From an uncultured archaeon (lineage in GTDB: Archaea > Asgardarchaeota > Thorarchaeia > Thorarchaeales > Thorarchaeaceae), in contig CAZVZC010000002.1 of assembly GCA_964631415.1 (NCBI GenBank), positions 61,952-125,951 on the forward strand: 64,000 nucleotides of DNA, in the 5' to 3' direction. The stretch's first letter is position 1. Each line of letters begins with the position of its first letter. The position numbers and the translations under genes were made by a program. The notes under the pieces were generated by a model. The model made no database searches and was not told where the DNA came from. It saw only the letters and a list, made by a program, of their open reading frames with translations. Below are positions 28,599 to 38,656 of the stretch, one piece after another.

Positions 28599-29486
28599 TC
28601 ATGCACTCGAAAGGTCGCGCTTAAGGAAAAGTCGCACAACCTCCAGTGCCAAGTCCTTGGATGAGGCAGCAACGAAGGCCATTCTCTGCTGCATGTCTAT
28701 CGGGAGCCTGAGTCTTTTGCCAAGCATGTCGACAACATAGCCTTGGCCCTCTACCACCATGTGGGTTCCAGACACATGGACTATAGGTAGTACTCTCCGA
28801 AGGTCAGCCATCGCATCCAAGGCGCCAGTTGCGGTCCAGCAGAGATCGAGCAGGTTGCTGCCACTCCTGCGTATATCCTTCGCTGAAGATATCACCCTCC
28901 GTGAGCCCGATGCGAAGTCGTCATGCCATGGAGCTTTTGTGTCGTAGGAAATGACTGCCTGTGCAAGAGGCTTCGGAGTTGCCACTCTGGCCGGCTTGCC
29001 GTTCCTCTGGAGACCCTTTCCTCTCTGTGCAACATAGGTCTCGTTCGTGAAATATGACTCGATAACACTGATCTCAATGTTGTCTGTGGTCATTCTTTCG
29101 GAAAATGGCACTACGGAGATACCGCCAGAACACAAGGGTATGCCGCGCTCAAGATTGGCAGAACCGTCGACAGGGTCTACAATCGCGAGGTATTCTGGTT
29201 GTCTGCCCGAGTCAATCAGGCCGCGTTCCTCGGTCACAATCATGAATGACGTGCCTGATTCATCCAGCACTCTGACAATCTCATCTTCAGACACTCTGTC
29301 TGCTAACAGTGTCTGGTCACCAAAAGGGTTCATTGTCCCGGTGGTTTCCGACCTGCGAGACAGGTTGTCGACGACCGCTCTGCGTGCCGACAGCAGTGCA
29401 TTCTTCAGGATTCGGACGAGTGTCAATCTGATACCTCCGGTGCTCTGCGTGCGCTGTGGCGTTGTCAGCCACTCAGCGAAGCTCAA
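28599..29486 (-). CDS. Inositol monophosphatase / archaeal FBPase (IMPase family) protein
   Basis: The VDPVDGSANL (DPxDG) metal-binding motif is present, along with WDxxxG-like WTATGALD. Confidence 0.75.
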   Translation of the reverse strand: MSFAEWLTTPQRTQSTGGIRLTLVRILKNALLSARRAVVDNLSRRSETTGTMNPFGDQTLLADRVSEDEIVRVLDESGTSFMIVTEERGLIDSGRQPEYLAIVDPVDGSANLERGIPLCSGGISVVPFSERMTTDNIEISVIESYFTNETYVAQRGKGLQRNGKPARVATPKPLAQAVISYDTKAPWHDDFASGSRRVISSAKDIRRSGSNLLDLCWTATGALDAMADLRRVLPIVHVSGTHMVVEGQGYVVDMLGKRLRLPIDMQQRMAFVAASSKDLALEVVRLFLKRDLSSA

Positions 29487-29541
29487 ATCCTTTAAATGTG
29501 TCAGGGTAGGAGTTCATTCGATAAGGGCAATACCGGTGAAG

Positions 29542-30204
29542 ATGATGGGCTTCCTAAGCGGTAAGAAGAAAGTCGATGCCGAACGGGGAATCCTCGAGAT
29601 CAAGGGCACCATGAATGCAATGACGCTGAGGATTCGAAGACTTGAGACACGGATGGGTGAAGAGAGGAAATCCGCAAAGGAGGCGATGGCGGAGGGCGAC
29701 AGGTCAGCGGCGAGATCGCACCTTTCGATTGTGACTGACCTAGAAACCAGAAGAGGAAGATACCACCAGCAATACCTCACTTTGGAGACCGCGCTCCTGA
29801 ACATCGAGGAAGCGAAGGACCAGACAGAGGTTCTGAGAGCATTCAAGACAGCCAACAATGCTTTGACACAAGCGAGGGCTATGCTCAGCCCTGTTGAAAT
29901 CCAGGCACAGCTGGAAAGGCTGTCTCAGTCATTTGAGCAGATCTCAATCGCCGGCGAACTCCTGTCAGAGGATCTATCAACGACAGGCAGCACTGTTGAG
30001 ATGGACGAGAAGGTCGAACGCGAACTGCAGGCTATGGAGGCTGAGATACTGCTTGAGAAGGAGGGAGTGCTTCCACCTCTTCGGGCAGAGAGAGGAAAAC
30101 AGCCGGCCGCAAAGAAGACTCCCGAGGAAAAGCGCGTTGACGAGATGCTGGCTGACCTTGAGAGAGAGGCTAAGGAAGAGAGGGAAAAAGAGGCTCAAGG
30201 ATAG
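29542..30204 (+). CDS. ESCRT-III / Snf7-family (CdvB-like; PspA superfamily) protein
   Basis: Basic N-terminus (MMGFLSGKKK), followed by a helical hairpin pattern RIRRLETRMGEERKSAKEAMAEGDRSAARSHL...NIEEAKDQTEVLRAFKTANNALTQARAMLSPVEIQAQLE and an acidic C-terminus. This matches the Snf7 domain layout. The long ORF listed from 29047 is antisense overlap with the IMPase gene. Confidence 0.6.
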   Translation: MMGFLSGKKKVDAERGILEIKGTMNAMTLRIRRLETRMGEERKSAKEAMAEGDRSAARSHLSIVTDLETRRGRYHQQYLTLETALLNIEEAKDQTEVLRAFKTANNALTQARAMLSPVEIQAQLERLSQSFEQISIAGELLSEDLSTTGSTVEMDEKVERELQAMEAEILLEKEGVLPPLRAERGKQPAAKKTPEEKRVDEMLADLEREAKEEREKEAQG

Positions 30205-30207
30205 CCG

Positions 30208-30888
30208 ATGCGGCTCTGCGACTCCTTCGCTGGTGCATTCATGAAGATCAGGCTAGTGGTTTTTGACGTCGACGGTACGTTGACCCGCCACAACAGCATA
30301 TGGTGGCGCCTTCACGAAGTCTTCGGAACTGAGAAGAAGGGCAAGGCCTTCTTTGACCAGTTCTTCGCAGGAGAGATCACATACGACCAGTGGGCGCACT
30401 ACGATGCGGCCCTGTGGTCTGGGAAATCTCTGAAGGAAGTCATGAGGGTGGTTCGTGAAACAGAACTGGTCCCTGGAGCCATAGAAACAGTCCGAGCATT
30501 GAAGAACGCTGGGATATCAGTCGCAATCCTGTCGGGAGGAGTGGACCTGCTCGCAGATGATGTTGCTAAGCGTGTTGGGATCGACTACGTCCTGACTAAC
30601 AAGCTTCAGCATTCAAGAGGACGGCTGACCGGTGAGGTCGAAGTACATGTGGGATGGGGCGAGAAAGTGCAAGAGATCTCCCAGATAGTCGATCACTTCG
30701 GTGTTACCCTTGATGAAACGGCATTCATTGGTGACGGTCGGAACGATGTGAGCGTCTTCAAGTGCGTGGCTCTCTCCATTGCTTTCAGACCAGAACACAG
30801 GGAAGTTGCAGAGGCGGCTCATGTGGCCGTTCAGGAAGACGACCTCAGGGGAATCCTTCCATTCATCTTGGGGAAGTACCCCGTGTGA
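30208..30888 (+). CDS. HAD-superfamily hydrolase, phosphoserine phosphatase-like (HAD-IB)
   Basis: Contains VVFDVDGTLT (DxDGT), AILSGG and a C-terminal GDGRNDV. A likely alternative ATG lies at 30241 (MKIRLVVFDVDG). Confidence 0.7.
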   Translation: MRLCDSFAGAFMKIRLVVFDVDGTLTRHNSIWWRLHEVFGTEKKGKAFFDQFFAGEITYDQWAHYDAALWSGKSLKEVMRVVRETELVPGAIETVRALKNAGISVAILSGGVDLLADDVAKRVGIDYVLTNKLQHSRGRLTGEVEVHVGWGEKVQEISQIVDHFGVTLDETAFIGDGRNDVSVFKCVALSIAFRPEHREVAEAAHVAVQEDDLRGILPFILGKYPV

Positions 30889-31108
30889 ATAGGTTCGTCG
30901 CATAGACCTGCATTAGAAGCATAGAAACCGCTTCGAAGATACCGAGCCTATTATTATCAGTGATGGGGCGCTTCATGAACCACCGGCTCCTTCGGGGTCA
31001 GATTCGTACACTGATCCGTACCTTGAGATTGACTTAGGACAGACTTCCTGCGAGAGCTTTGCAGCAACTGCTCACAAGGATCTCGGCAAAGCACGTCATT
31101 AGGGTTCA

Positions 31109-32287
31109 CTAGCCCGTCAAGGCTCTCCCGTTATGGCGATATCTGTTGCCTGAGCCAGTGTTCAGCATCACTACGGTTTCATCACGGTCGATGGCTGCTG
31201 ATTGGACCAATTCCTTCAGACCGGCCAGACCAATGGCAGCCTCAGGGCAGATGTCGAGCCCTTCCATGCGCGCAGCCCCCAACTCCATGAGCCTAATCTC
31301 CTTGTCAGGGACTGACACTGCAGACCCGTGCGAAGACCGAATTGCGTCCAAGATGAGCTTCCCCGCAAAAGGCCGGGGCACCCTTAGTCCAAGTGCTTGA
31401 GTGTTGCATCCAGACCAAGGCTCAAGATCATCAGACCTGCCATGAATTGCTTCTACTATGGGCGCGCACCCCTCACTCTGAACCGCATACATGCGAGGTC
31501 TGCCAGACCCCACCAGTCCAATCTCCTCAAGCTCTTCCATCGCTTTCCAGATCCCGATGAGTGCTGTGCCGCCACCGGTGGGGCATATCACGGCATCCGG
31601 GACTCTCCATGCAAGCTGTTCGGAGATCTCGAAGCCTAGCGTCTTCTTTCCCTCAATACGATAGGGCTCCTTGGTGGTGGATAGGTCGGTCCAATCTCCA
31701 CCCGAGGTCTTCATCTTCGCCGAACAGTCTGCGATGGTACCTTTCACCTCAGTCGTTTCTGCCCCGTACAGACTGCACTCGTCAAAGAAAGAAGACGGAG
31801 TGTCAGCAGGCATGAACACATGCGCCTTAACACCAGCAGCTGCGCAGTAGGCACTCATCGATACTGCTGCATTGCCTGCTGATGGCAGAGCAAATGACTG
31901 TGTTCCCAGTTCAACGTGTTTCGACACAGCAGCACAAAGCCCCCTGTCCTTGAACGAGGAGGTGGGGTTTCGCGATTCATCCTTTATCATTAGGCTCCTG
32001 AGTCCAAGCTCTGTCTGCAGCCTTCTAGTTCGTATCAAAGGCGTCCAACCCTCGCCTAGGCTGACAATGGAGGACTCGGAGTGGACCGGCAGCAGTTCCG
32101 AGTAACGCCACATGGTTGACACAGCGGATGGGAAACCCGCTGATGACACTAGTTCCCTAACATGCACCGTGTCGTATCTGGCGAACAAAGGTGAACCACA
32201 AGAACAGTATGACACAGTCTTGCTTTCTTGATACTTGCGTCCGCAAGCTGGACACTGGAGTCCTATGAAACACGAGGCCGATCGCAT
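31109..32287 (-). CDS. thrC: Threonine synthase (PLP fold-type II) with N-terminal zinc ribbon
   Basis: SFKDRG PLP-lysine motif, an N-terminal CPACG...CSCG motif, and a GGG loop (ICPTGGGTALIG). Confidence 0.75.
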   Translation of the reverse strand: MRSASCFIGLQCPACGRKYQESKTVSYCSCGSPLFARYDTVHVRELVSSAGFPSAVSTMWRYSELLPVHSESSIVSLGEGWTPLIRTRRLQTELGLRSLMIKDESRNPTSSFKDRGLCAAVSKHVELGTQSFALPSAGNAAVSMSAYCAAAGVKAHVFMPADTPSSFFDECSLYGAETTEVKGTIADCSAKMKTSGGDWTDLSTTKEPYRIEGKKTLGFEISEQLAWRVPDAVICPTGGGTALIGIWKAMEELEEIGLVGSGRPRMYAVQSEGCAPIVEAIHGRSDDLEPWSGCNTQALGLRVPRPFAGKLILDAIRSSHGSAVSVPDKEIRLMELGAARMEGLDICPEAAIGLAGLKELVQSAAIDRDETVVMLNTGSGNRYRHNGRALTG

Positions 32288-32360
32288 ACTGCGACTTACA
32301 GCAAACCTCAGAGATATATGTGGTTGTCTTCTATTTCAGCTTGTCTAAGACCGAGTTGGT

Positions 32361-33554
32361 GTGCCCTTGACTGAGTTGGGAAGACCAGTAATGCCCTTCG
32401 CCGCTATTGTCGGAATGGAGAAGCTGAAACTGGCTCTCATGCTGAACGGAGTCAACCCCAAGATTGGGGGTGTGCTCATCTCAGGACCCAAAGGCACCGG
32501 TAAGACGACTGCGGTCAGGGCACTCGCGGATCTACTGCCAGACGTGGAAGCTGTGGAAGACTGCCGTTTCGGCTGTAACCCTTCAAGTGAGTCATTGTGT
32601 CCTGAGTGCAAGAAAAGCAGCGAACAAGGCGAGGAGCTCAAGAGCCTGAGAAGGAAGATGCGAGTAGTCAACCTTCCCTTGTCCACAACCGAAGACCGAC
32701 TCATTGGTGCTCTCGATATAGAGCGAGTTCTGAAGGACGGCATTCAGGCGCTGAAACCGGGCATACTGGCTGAGGCGAATCAGAACATACTCTATGTGGA
32801 TGAGGTGAATCTCCTTCCTGACCATCTGGTCGATGATCTGCTTGATGCGGCCGCCACGAAAGTGAACGTGATCGAAAGGGAGGGGGTTTCAGTCTCGCAT
32901 CCCTCAGACTTCGTCTTGGTTGGCACCATGAACCCCGAGGAGGGTGAACTGCGACCGCAACTCCTTGACAGATTCCCCCTTCACGTTGAAGTTGGCACCG
33001 GGCTGTCTGTCGACCAGAGGATGGAACTCGTCAGAAGGAACCTCGCATTTGAGAGAGACCCCGCAGCATTCAGAGAACAGTGGGCTGAGGAACAATCCCT
33101 ACTGAGGGGGAAGATTGTCACTGCTAGGGAACTTCTAGAGCATGTCGTTCTCCCTGAGGCCGGACTCAGAGCGATTGCGATGGCATGTGACGCGCTGGAG
33201 GTTGACGGCGTTAGGCCGGACATAATCATCAGCAAGACCTCCATCACCAATGCGGCCTTCGATGGGCGAAAGGAGGTTTCCTTGGACGACCTGAAGCTTG
33301 CAGCACAGCTCGCACTCAGTCATAGGACAAGGAGAGGCGGACTGCTCGAACCTCCATCGTCAGAGGAGATTGACCGGGCGATTACAAGAGCTGTAGACGT
33401 CACAAGGAAAGAAGACAAGCGGGCATCTCCGTCGGAGGCTCCTGCAGAGCCCGGGGAAAAACCGGAAAGGCGAGCCAAAGGAGTGTTCGGTCGACAAGCA
33501 GGAATGGCTAAGGCCGGCAGCGACGACGCAAAAAAAAAGATCCTCGGCACATAA
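32361..33554 (+). CDS. ChlI/BchI-like AAA+ ATPase (Mg-chelatase subunit I family)
   Basis: [48 protein letters not shown] is near-canonical ChlI. There is a Cys4 insert (CRFGCNP...CPEC) and a Walker B ([10 protein letters not shown]). Confidence 0.8.
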   Translation: MPLTELGRPVMPFAAIVGMEKLKLALMLNGVNPKIGGVLISGPKGTGKTTAVRALADLLPDVEAVEDCRFGCNPSSESLCPECKKSSEQGEELKSLRRKMRVVNLPLSTTEDRLIGALDIERVLKDGIQALKPGILAEANQNILYVDEVNLLPDHLVDDLLDAAATKVNVIEREGVSVSHPSDFVLVGTMNPEEGELRPQLLDRFPLHVEVGTGLSVDQRMELVRRNLAFERDPAAFREQWAEEQSLLRGKIVTARELLEHVVLPEAGLRAIAMACDALEVDGVRPDIIISKTSITNAAFDGRKEVSLDDLKLAAQLALSHRTRRGGLLEPPSSEEIDRAITRAVDVTRKEDKRASPSEAPAEPGEKPERRAKGVFGRQAGMAKAGSDDAKKKILGT

Positions 33555-35032
33555 TGGCGCCACGAGGTAATCCCTTCAAGGGAACCATCTGCGCAATCAT
33601 GTTGGTAGTGGCGACCACGTATTTTGCCTGGGTGTTCTTTAGTCCCGTCAACACTTATTTCGGACAACGGCCAGGCGTGCTTCCATCCCTGCCAGTCATT
33701 CTCGTAGACACATTGGTGTATGCGCCCATCATGTATCTGGTAGTCCGTAGATGGCTGAGGACTATGATGAGAAGGAAGGGAGGTCTCGCGGCAGGTATCG
33801 ACTTTGTCGAGCCAGGAAACGCCAGACCTGAACCGGGAGATCAGTGGGGACGAGCAACGCGACCGTACAGCCCCATGACACCGTCTAGAATCACAGGGTC
33901 CAAGTCTGACATACGCAGTACGCCTGAAGGACTGGATATCGACTTCTACTCCACAATACCCGATTTCACAGCAGGCGAGGAACTCTTCGACCCTTCAGAA
34001 CTGAGATCCAGAGCAACGAAACGAGCGTCCGTTGCATCGGGAGGTAGGCTGCGCATGCGTGTGAGTTCGAGAGCCATGGGTTCACTGAAGGCTTCCGAGA
34101 GCGCGCAGAGAGGCAGATTGCTACGTTCGAGAATACCGCGGGGTGAATGGTTCAGCCTTCACGTTCCGTCCACTCTTGTAGCAGCGTTGCTCAGGAGAGG
34201 CATGACCGGGGAAAAGCAGGGGACTCTAATCCAGCGGGGAGACCTGAGGGAGAAGGTGTTCTCCGGAAGAGCACCCCTGACGATCATCTTGGTCATCGAT
34301 GTCAGCCTGTCGATGAAGGGCAGCATGAGCGAGGTTCGGAAGATAGTGAACAGGATAGAACAAGAAACACGGGGCTCCAGAGATCGGGCAGGGATAGTAG
34401 CTTTCAAAGACAGTGGCGCTGTCGAGGTTCAGGCGCCGACGTCAAACTGGAACAGAATCTACAGAGCGCTTGCTGGTCTTAGGATCTCAGGGTTGACACC
34501 ATTAGCCCAGGCACTGATGAAAGCTCTGGATACGATAAAGCGAGAGAGGATGAGGAATAACAGCATCGAGCCCCTAGTAGTGCTCATATCAGACTTCGCC
34601 CCGAACATACCTCTGGCGCGGCCATTAGATGGAAGTGCGACCATATACTCACCTGTAGAAGACATGGTCAGAGCTGCCAGACTTCTTCGAAGAGAGAGAG
34701 TGCGACTAGTCGCCGTCAACGTTGACATACAGGAATCGACATGGTCAAGGTTTCTTAAGAGGCCCTATCACGAGGCTGTGGAGCTGGCCGCAATGCTCCG
34801 GGCAAGAAAGGAGGGCTTGGCTGATCCTGTGGAAGCCGTTCTGGCTGTTCCAGAGTTCCGCAAGTCCTTTGGTGCATACCTTGTTGCCAAAGTCGGTGGC
34901 GGGAAGGCATTCCTTTCAAGCGAACTCACCGCTAAGAGGTCAGTCTTGGGCACCTTTCTGAGTGCAACCAGCAGCCAGACGCGACACAAACCTGAAGATT
35001 TGCGCAAGGCCGAGTCATATATCGCACGGTAG
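33554..35032 (+). CDS. Membrane-anchored von Willebrand factor A (vWA) protein, ChlD-like partner of the ChlI-like ATPase
   Basis: The start ATG overlaps the upstream stop (ATAATGG). Two N-terminal TM helices. MIDAS residues ILVIDVSLSMKGS, GLTPLAQAL and VVLISDFAPN. Confidence 0.75.
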   Translation: MAPRGNPFKGTICAIMLVVATTYFAWVFFSPVNTYFGQRPGVLPSLPVILVDTLVYAPIMYLVVRRWLRTMMRRKGGLAAGIDFVEPGNARPEPGDQWGRATRPYSPMTPSRITGSKSDIRSTPEGLDIDFYSTIPDFTAGEELFDPSELRSRATKRASVASGGRLRMRVSSRAMGSLKASESAQRGRLLRSRIPRGEWFSLHVPSTLVAALLRRGMTGEKQGTLIQRGDLREKVFSGRAPLTIILVIDVSLSMKGSMSEVRKIVNRIEQETRGSRDRAGIVAFKDSGAVEVQAPTSNWNRIYRALAGLRISGLTPLAQALMKALDTIKRERMRNNSIEPLVVLISDFAPNIPLARPLDGSATIYSPVEDMVRAARLLRRERVRLVAVNVDIQESTWSRFLKRPYHEAVELAAMLRARKEGLADPVEAVLAVPEFRKSFGAYLVAKVGGGKAFLSSELTAKRSVLGTFLSATSSQTRHKPEDLRKAESYIAR

Positions 35033-35191
35033 TCACCAATTCCATATCCTTGGTGGGACTGACATCGCGATTGTTTTATCAGGATGGTAGAACACCCAGA
35101 CAGAGGCGCACTCAGCCCGACACTTGCCTGGTGTCATAGTGAGTGAGGAGAGCCCAGAGCGGGTTTTCGATGAATCCACTTTTCATGCATC

Positions 35192-36304
35192 ATGGCACAG
35201 GGCTGGTGCGCCCCTCGCAGAAGACCAAGTAAGGAGTCGCTTCAGTTGATACATGGTAAGCTCCCCTCAGACGTGCTAGAACGCCTGGTGTTCAATCACC
35301 TTGGCAAGACAGACCCGGACGTAATACTCGGACCCGGCACGGGCAGAGACGCCGCACTGTTGCGCGTTGGGGACATGGTCCTTGTCGCGTCCACTGATCC
35401 GATTACGGGCTCCATAGAGGACGTCGGCTGGCTCTCGGTACACGTGAACGCAAATGATGTGGCTACCTTTGGAGTGGCTCCGAGTTGGTTCTTCCTGTCA
35501 ATCATGCTACCATCAGGCAGTCAGGCGTCATCCGTCGGACGCATAATGGAGCAGGTTGATGAAGCGGCGAGGTTTCTGAACGTATCTGTGGCAGGAGGAC
35601 ACACAGAGGTGACCCCGGGCATTGACAGACCAATCGTGGCGGGTTTCATGTTAGGCCTCGCGAAAGAGGGCGAGTATGTGATGCCGGCGGGGGGCCGAGC
35701 AGGTGACTCGATAATCCTTACAAAGACCATCGGTATTGAAGGCACTGCCATAGTTGCTGCTGAGGGAACTCCGCTGCTGGTGCAAAGACTCGGGCAGAAG
35801 GTCATCGACGACGGGCGTAGTCTTCGGAGCCAGATTAGTGTGGTCAGAGAAGGAGTGGCCGCATTTCAGAGCGGGTACGTGACAGCCATGCATGACCCCA
35901 CCGAGGGAGGCGTGGCTGGTGGAGTCCATGAGCTATGTGACTCAAGCAATGTTGGGTGCGAAATACACTCCGATCTGCTTCCTGTCCACCCATCGACTGA
36001 AGCATTGTGCCAAGAACTCGGCATCAATGTCCTTGAGCTCATTAGCAGCGGGTGCATGTTGATTACCTGTAGCCCGGAACACGCTGTCGATGTCATAGGT
36101 GCGGTTCAGTCAACAGGAGTCAGTGCCACGGTGATCGGTGCCCTTGTACACGACCCGACTCGTCGCGTCCTAATCTCGCGGAATGGTTCAGAAGAGCTGC
36201 CTCGGCCACAGACCGACGCACTGTGGGATGCACTCAGAAAGATAAAGGACGCACGAAGTCACGCAAGAGGTCGGCCAAGGAGTCATTCACGCCCTCGACA
36301 GTGA
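35192..36304 (+). CDS. AIR synthase-related (PurM-like) protein
   Basis: PurM N-domain-like ILGPGTGRDAALLRVGDMVLVASTDP and HVNANDVATFGVAP, plus a C-domain. The exact family (HypE/ThiL/SelD-related) was not resolved. Confidence 0.6.
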   Translation: MAQGWCAPRRRPSKESLQLIHGKLPSDVLERLVFNHLGKTDPDVILGPGTGRDAALLRVGDMVLVASTDPITGSIEDVGWLSVHVNANDVATFGVAPSWFFLSIMLPSGSQASSVGRIMEQVDEAARFLNVSVAGGHTEVTPGIDRPIVAGFMLGLAKEGEYVMPAGGRAGDSIILTKTIGIEGTAIVAAEGTPLLVQRLGQKVIDDGRSLRSQISVVREGVAAFQSGYVTAMHDPTEGGVAGGVHELCDSSNVGCEIHSDLLPVHPSTEALCQELGINVLELISSGCMLITCSPEHAVDVIGAVQSTGVSATVIGALVHDPTRRVLISRNGSEELPRPQTDALWDALRKIKDARSHARGRPRSHSRPRQ

Positions 36305-37022
36305 ACGGTGACAAAGAGACATTCCCGTTCACTAACACCTCATACGCGTCTGTGCCCGGCTTCGGCTTAATCTCAATGCCGCGAACCCAATAGTATGGAC
36401 TGCCGTTAGGATCCACTCTGCGTTCAACCTCATTCACCATTCGGGCAGATGTGGGTTTCGTGATCACTAGTCTGGTGGTCTTCTTGATTTCATGGGGGAA
36501 GTTCAGGTTCAAGACATCTACCCCTTTAGGCATGCCGAGCTGAAGGACCAGATTGATGAGTCTGCATGTGAACCCACAGACATGCTGGCTGTCACTCTTG
36601 GAACCAGACGATGCAAACCACTCATCTGAATGGACCTCTTGCGAAACCGCAATCGCGGGAAATCCTCGAATGGCGGCCTCGATGGCCCCACAAACGGTGC
36701 CACTCGTCAGAATACTCTGATATCCGACGTTGGCACCAGAGTTGATGCCGGACACAAACATGTCGATATCCTTGGCGAAGTACTGGGCTATCACAACAGA
36801 GTCAGCCGGCATACCATCGTGGGCGATCAGGCTGTACCCATCCATCTTAGACTCGCGAGTGAACCGTATCGGACGATTGAAAGTAAGTGCCTTCCCTGTG
36901 GCACTACGTTGCCCATCGGGTACGACCACAATTAGATCCACTTGGCCCTTGAGCGAGTCTGCCAAGCTAAGCAGGCCTTGACTCAGGGGACCATCATCAT
37001 TGATTAGGCAGACCTTGTGCAA
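36234..37022 (-). CDS. surE: 5'/3'-nucleotidase SurE
   Basis: LINDDGP and VVVPDGQRSATGKALT motifs. Convergent 71-nt overlap with the PurM-like gene. Confidence 0.85.
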   Translation of the reverse strand: MHKVCLINDDGPLSQGLLSLADSLKGQVDLIVVVPDGQRSATGKALTFNRPIRFTRESKMDGYSLIAHDGMPADSVVIAQYFAKDIDMFVSGINSGANVGYQSILTSGTVCGAIEAAIRGFPAIAVSQEVHSDEWFASSGSKSDSQHVCGFTCRLINLVLQLGMPKGVDVLNLNFPHEIKKTTRLVITKPTSARMVNEVERRVDPNGSPYYWVRGIEIKPKPGTDAYEVLVNGNVSLSPFTVEGVNDSLADLLRDFVRPLSF

Positions 37023-37164
37023 GAATTAGCTCTCCGGCGAATGGTTGTCACCGGGCTCGATTACTCTGCTGATAAGAATGACGGACAGAAAAAGGAAAGG
37101 GAGGAGAGAAGCAGCCCTTGGTTGCCTCTCCACCCACCTCAATAGTCGTACGCTTAGGTCTGTT

Positions 37165-37335
37165 CTACAGATCCTCAGGCTTCAGAGTCTTCCTCTTGTT
37201 GCCTTCGGTCCGCTTCCCTGCGTGTTCAAGCAGTTCCTTGACCTTTGCGTCTAGAGCACCATAGAACTCAGAACTGACCTGCAGGTCATGGCTCTTAGCG
37301 AATTCCTGCACCTTTGATTTGACTATAAAGCTCAT
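37165..37335 (-). CDS. Small histone-fold / DUF1931-like protein (56 aa), missing from the ORF track because it is under 60 aa
   Basis: Translated by hand codon by codon: MSFIVKSKVQEFAKSHDLQVSSEFYGALDAKVKELLEHAGKRTEGNKRKTLKPEDL, ending at a stop. The layout resembles archaeal DUF1931 histone-fold proteins. Confidence 0.45.
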   Translation of the reverse strand: MSFIVKSKVQEFAKSHDLQVSSEFYGALDAKVKELLEHAGKRTEGNKRKTLKPEDL

Positions 37336-37516
37336 TTTTGCACTTCGCTCCTAGAGGAATGCTGGGCAGACTAGGCTGGCGCTCCCCTTATAAGCCTTAT
37401 CAGAAGACAGTCGTCAGCGGCGCTCTTGCACCTGCTTTGGGGCATTTTTGGTCCATTGATGTTTGTTGCATTGCTGAGTTGCTAGTATCAACGGTTCGCG
37501 ACACTAATCGGCATTG

Positions 37517-38641
37517 TCAAACGAGTTTTTGTTGAAGAATGCTGAGGATCTTCTCGGATGCATCGCCAGACCCAAACGGACAAGGCCTAGTCCCTAGTTG
37601 TCCTGATGCTAGAACATCCCTGACCATTCTTGGAAAGACCTCAGGATCCACTCCAACCACTGTCGCGTGGCCGGACTCAACGGCCTCAGGCCGTTCTGTA
37701 GAAAGCCTGAGGACGAACACTCTCTTGTTGATAGAAGGAGCGGTCACCTCCTCCTGTATCCCTCCTGAGTCAGTGACAACATATGAGCACATGTCCATCA
37801 GATACAGGAAGTCGAGGTAGCCCACTGGTTCTATCATCTGAATCTGACTTGCACTCCCTAGGAGACCTAAGAGCCCGAACTCTCTCAAGCGCCCGACAGT
37901 CCTGGGATGCGCAGGGAATATGATTCTCGTGCGAAGTGACAAGAGGCCTCGAATCAGACCCTCAAGAGTAGGCTTGTCGTCGACATTCTCAGCCCTGTGA
38001 AGTGTCAGAAGCACGAATCCCCCGCGCTTGACCCCATCCAATGGGCTTTTCCGTTTGCGAGCCACCGGCAGGCTGGCCTCAATAGCGTCTATGACCGTAT
38101 TGCCTGTCACGAAGATCTCACCCATGACGTTCTCATGTCTCAGAGTCTCGGCTGAATGCTCAGTGGGTGCAAAGAGGAAGTCCGAGGCGTGGTCTGTGAG
38201 CCGTCTGTTGTACTCCTCAGGCATTCGTTTGTCATAGCTCCTTAGACCTGCTTCGACATGAGCCAGTGGTATCCTCATCTTCACGGCTGCTAGTGCAGCT
38301 GAGAGAACTGCATTGGTGTCGCCCAGCACAACAACAACGCTTGGCGTTTCGACAAGCAGCTCCTTCTCTATCCCAACAAGCGCCTTGGCTGTCTGTTCTG
38401 AATGCGTTCCCGACCCGATGTTCAGGTTCGTGTCGGGCTCGCGGAGGCCCAAGTCCTCAAAGAAAGAGTCACTCATGTATGAGGTATAGTGCTGGCCAGT
38501 ATGTACGAGGAAGTAGTCTACTCCTCGTCTGTCACACTCCTTGATGATTGGTGACATCTTTACTATCTCGGGTCTTGTCCCGACAACAAAGCACGGCTTC
38601 AAGCGAATCGGCCCGGACCATTTAGACGGACCGCACTTCAT
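37517..38641 (-). CDS. wecB: UDP-N-acetylglucosamine 2-epimerase (non-hydrolysing, WecB family)
   Basis: Reads VVGTRPEIVKMSPII...HTGQHY...HVEAGLRSYD...PEEYNR. Confidence 0.85.
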   Translation of the reverse strand: MKCGPSKWSGPIRLKPCFVVGTRPEIVKMSPIIKECDRRGVDYFLVHTGQHYTSYMSDSFFEDLGLREPDTNLNIGSGTHSEQTAKALVGIEKELLVETPSVVVVLGDTNAVLSAALAAVKMRIPLAHVEAGLRSYDKRMPEEYNRRLTDHASDFLFAPTEHSAETLRHENVMGEIFVTGNTVIDAIEASLPVARKRKSPLDGVKRGGFVLLTLHRAENVDDKPTLEGLIRGLLSLRTRIIFPAHPRTVGRLREFGLLGLLGSASQIQMIEPVGYLDFLYLMDMCSYVVTDSGGIQEEVTAPSINKRVFVLRLSTERPEAVESGHATVVGVDPEVFPRMVRDVLASGQLGTRPCPFGSGDASEKILSILQQKLV

Positions 38642-38656
38642 AAGGATGGCGGAGCG

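Noticed and set aside
29047-29541. N-terminal 165 aa of the listed 385-aa + ORF
   Set aside because: Antisense to the IMPase-family gene with low-complexity translation. The Snf7-like homology begins only at the ATG pair at 29542.
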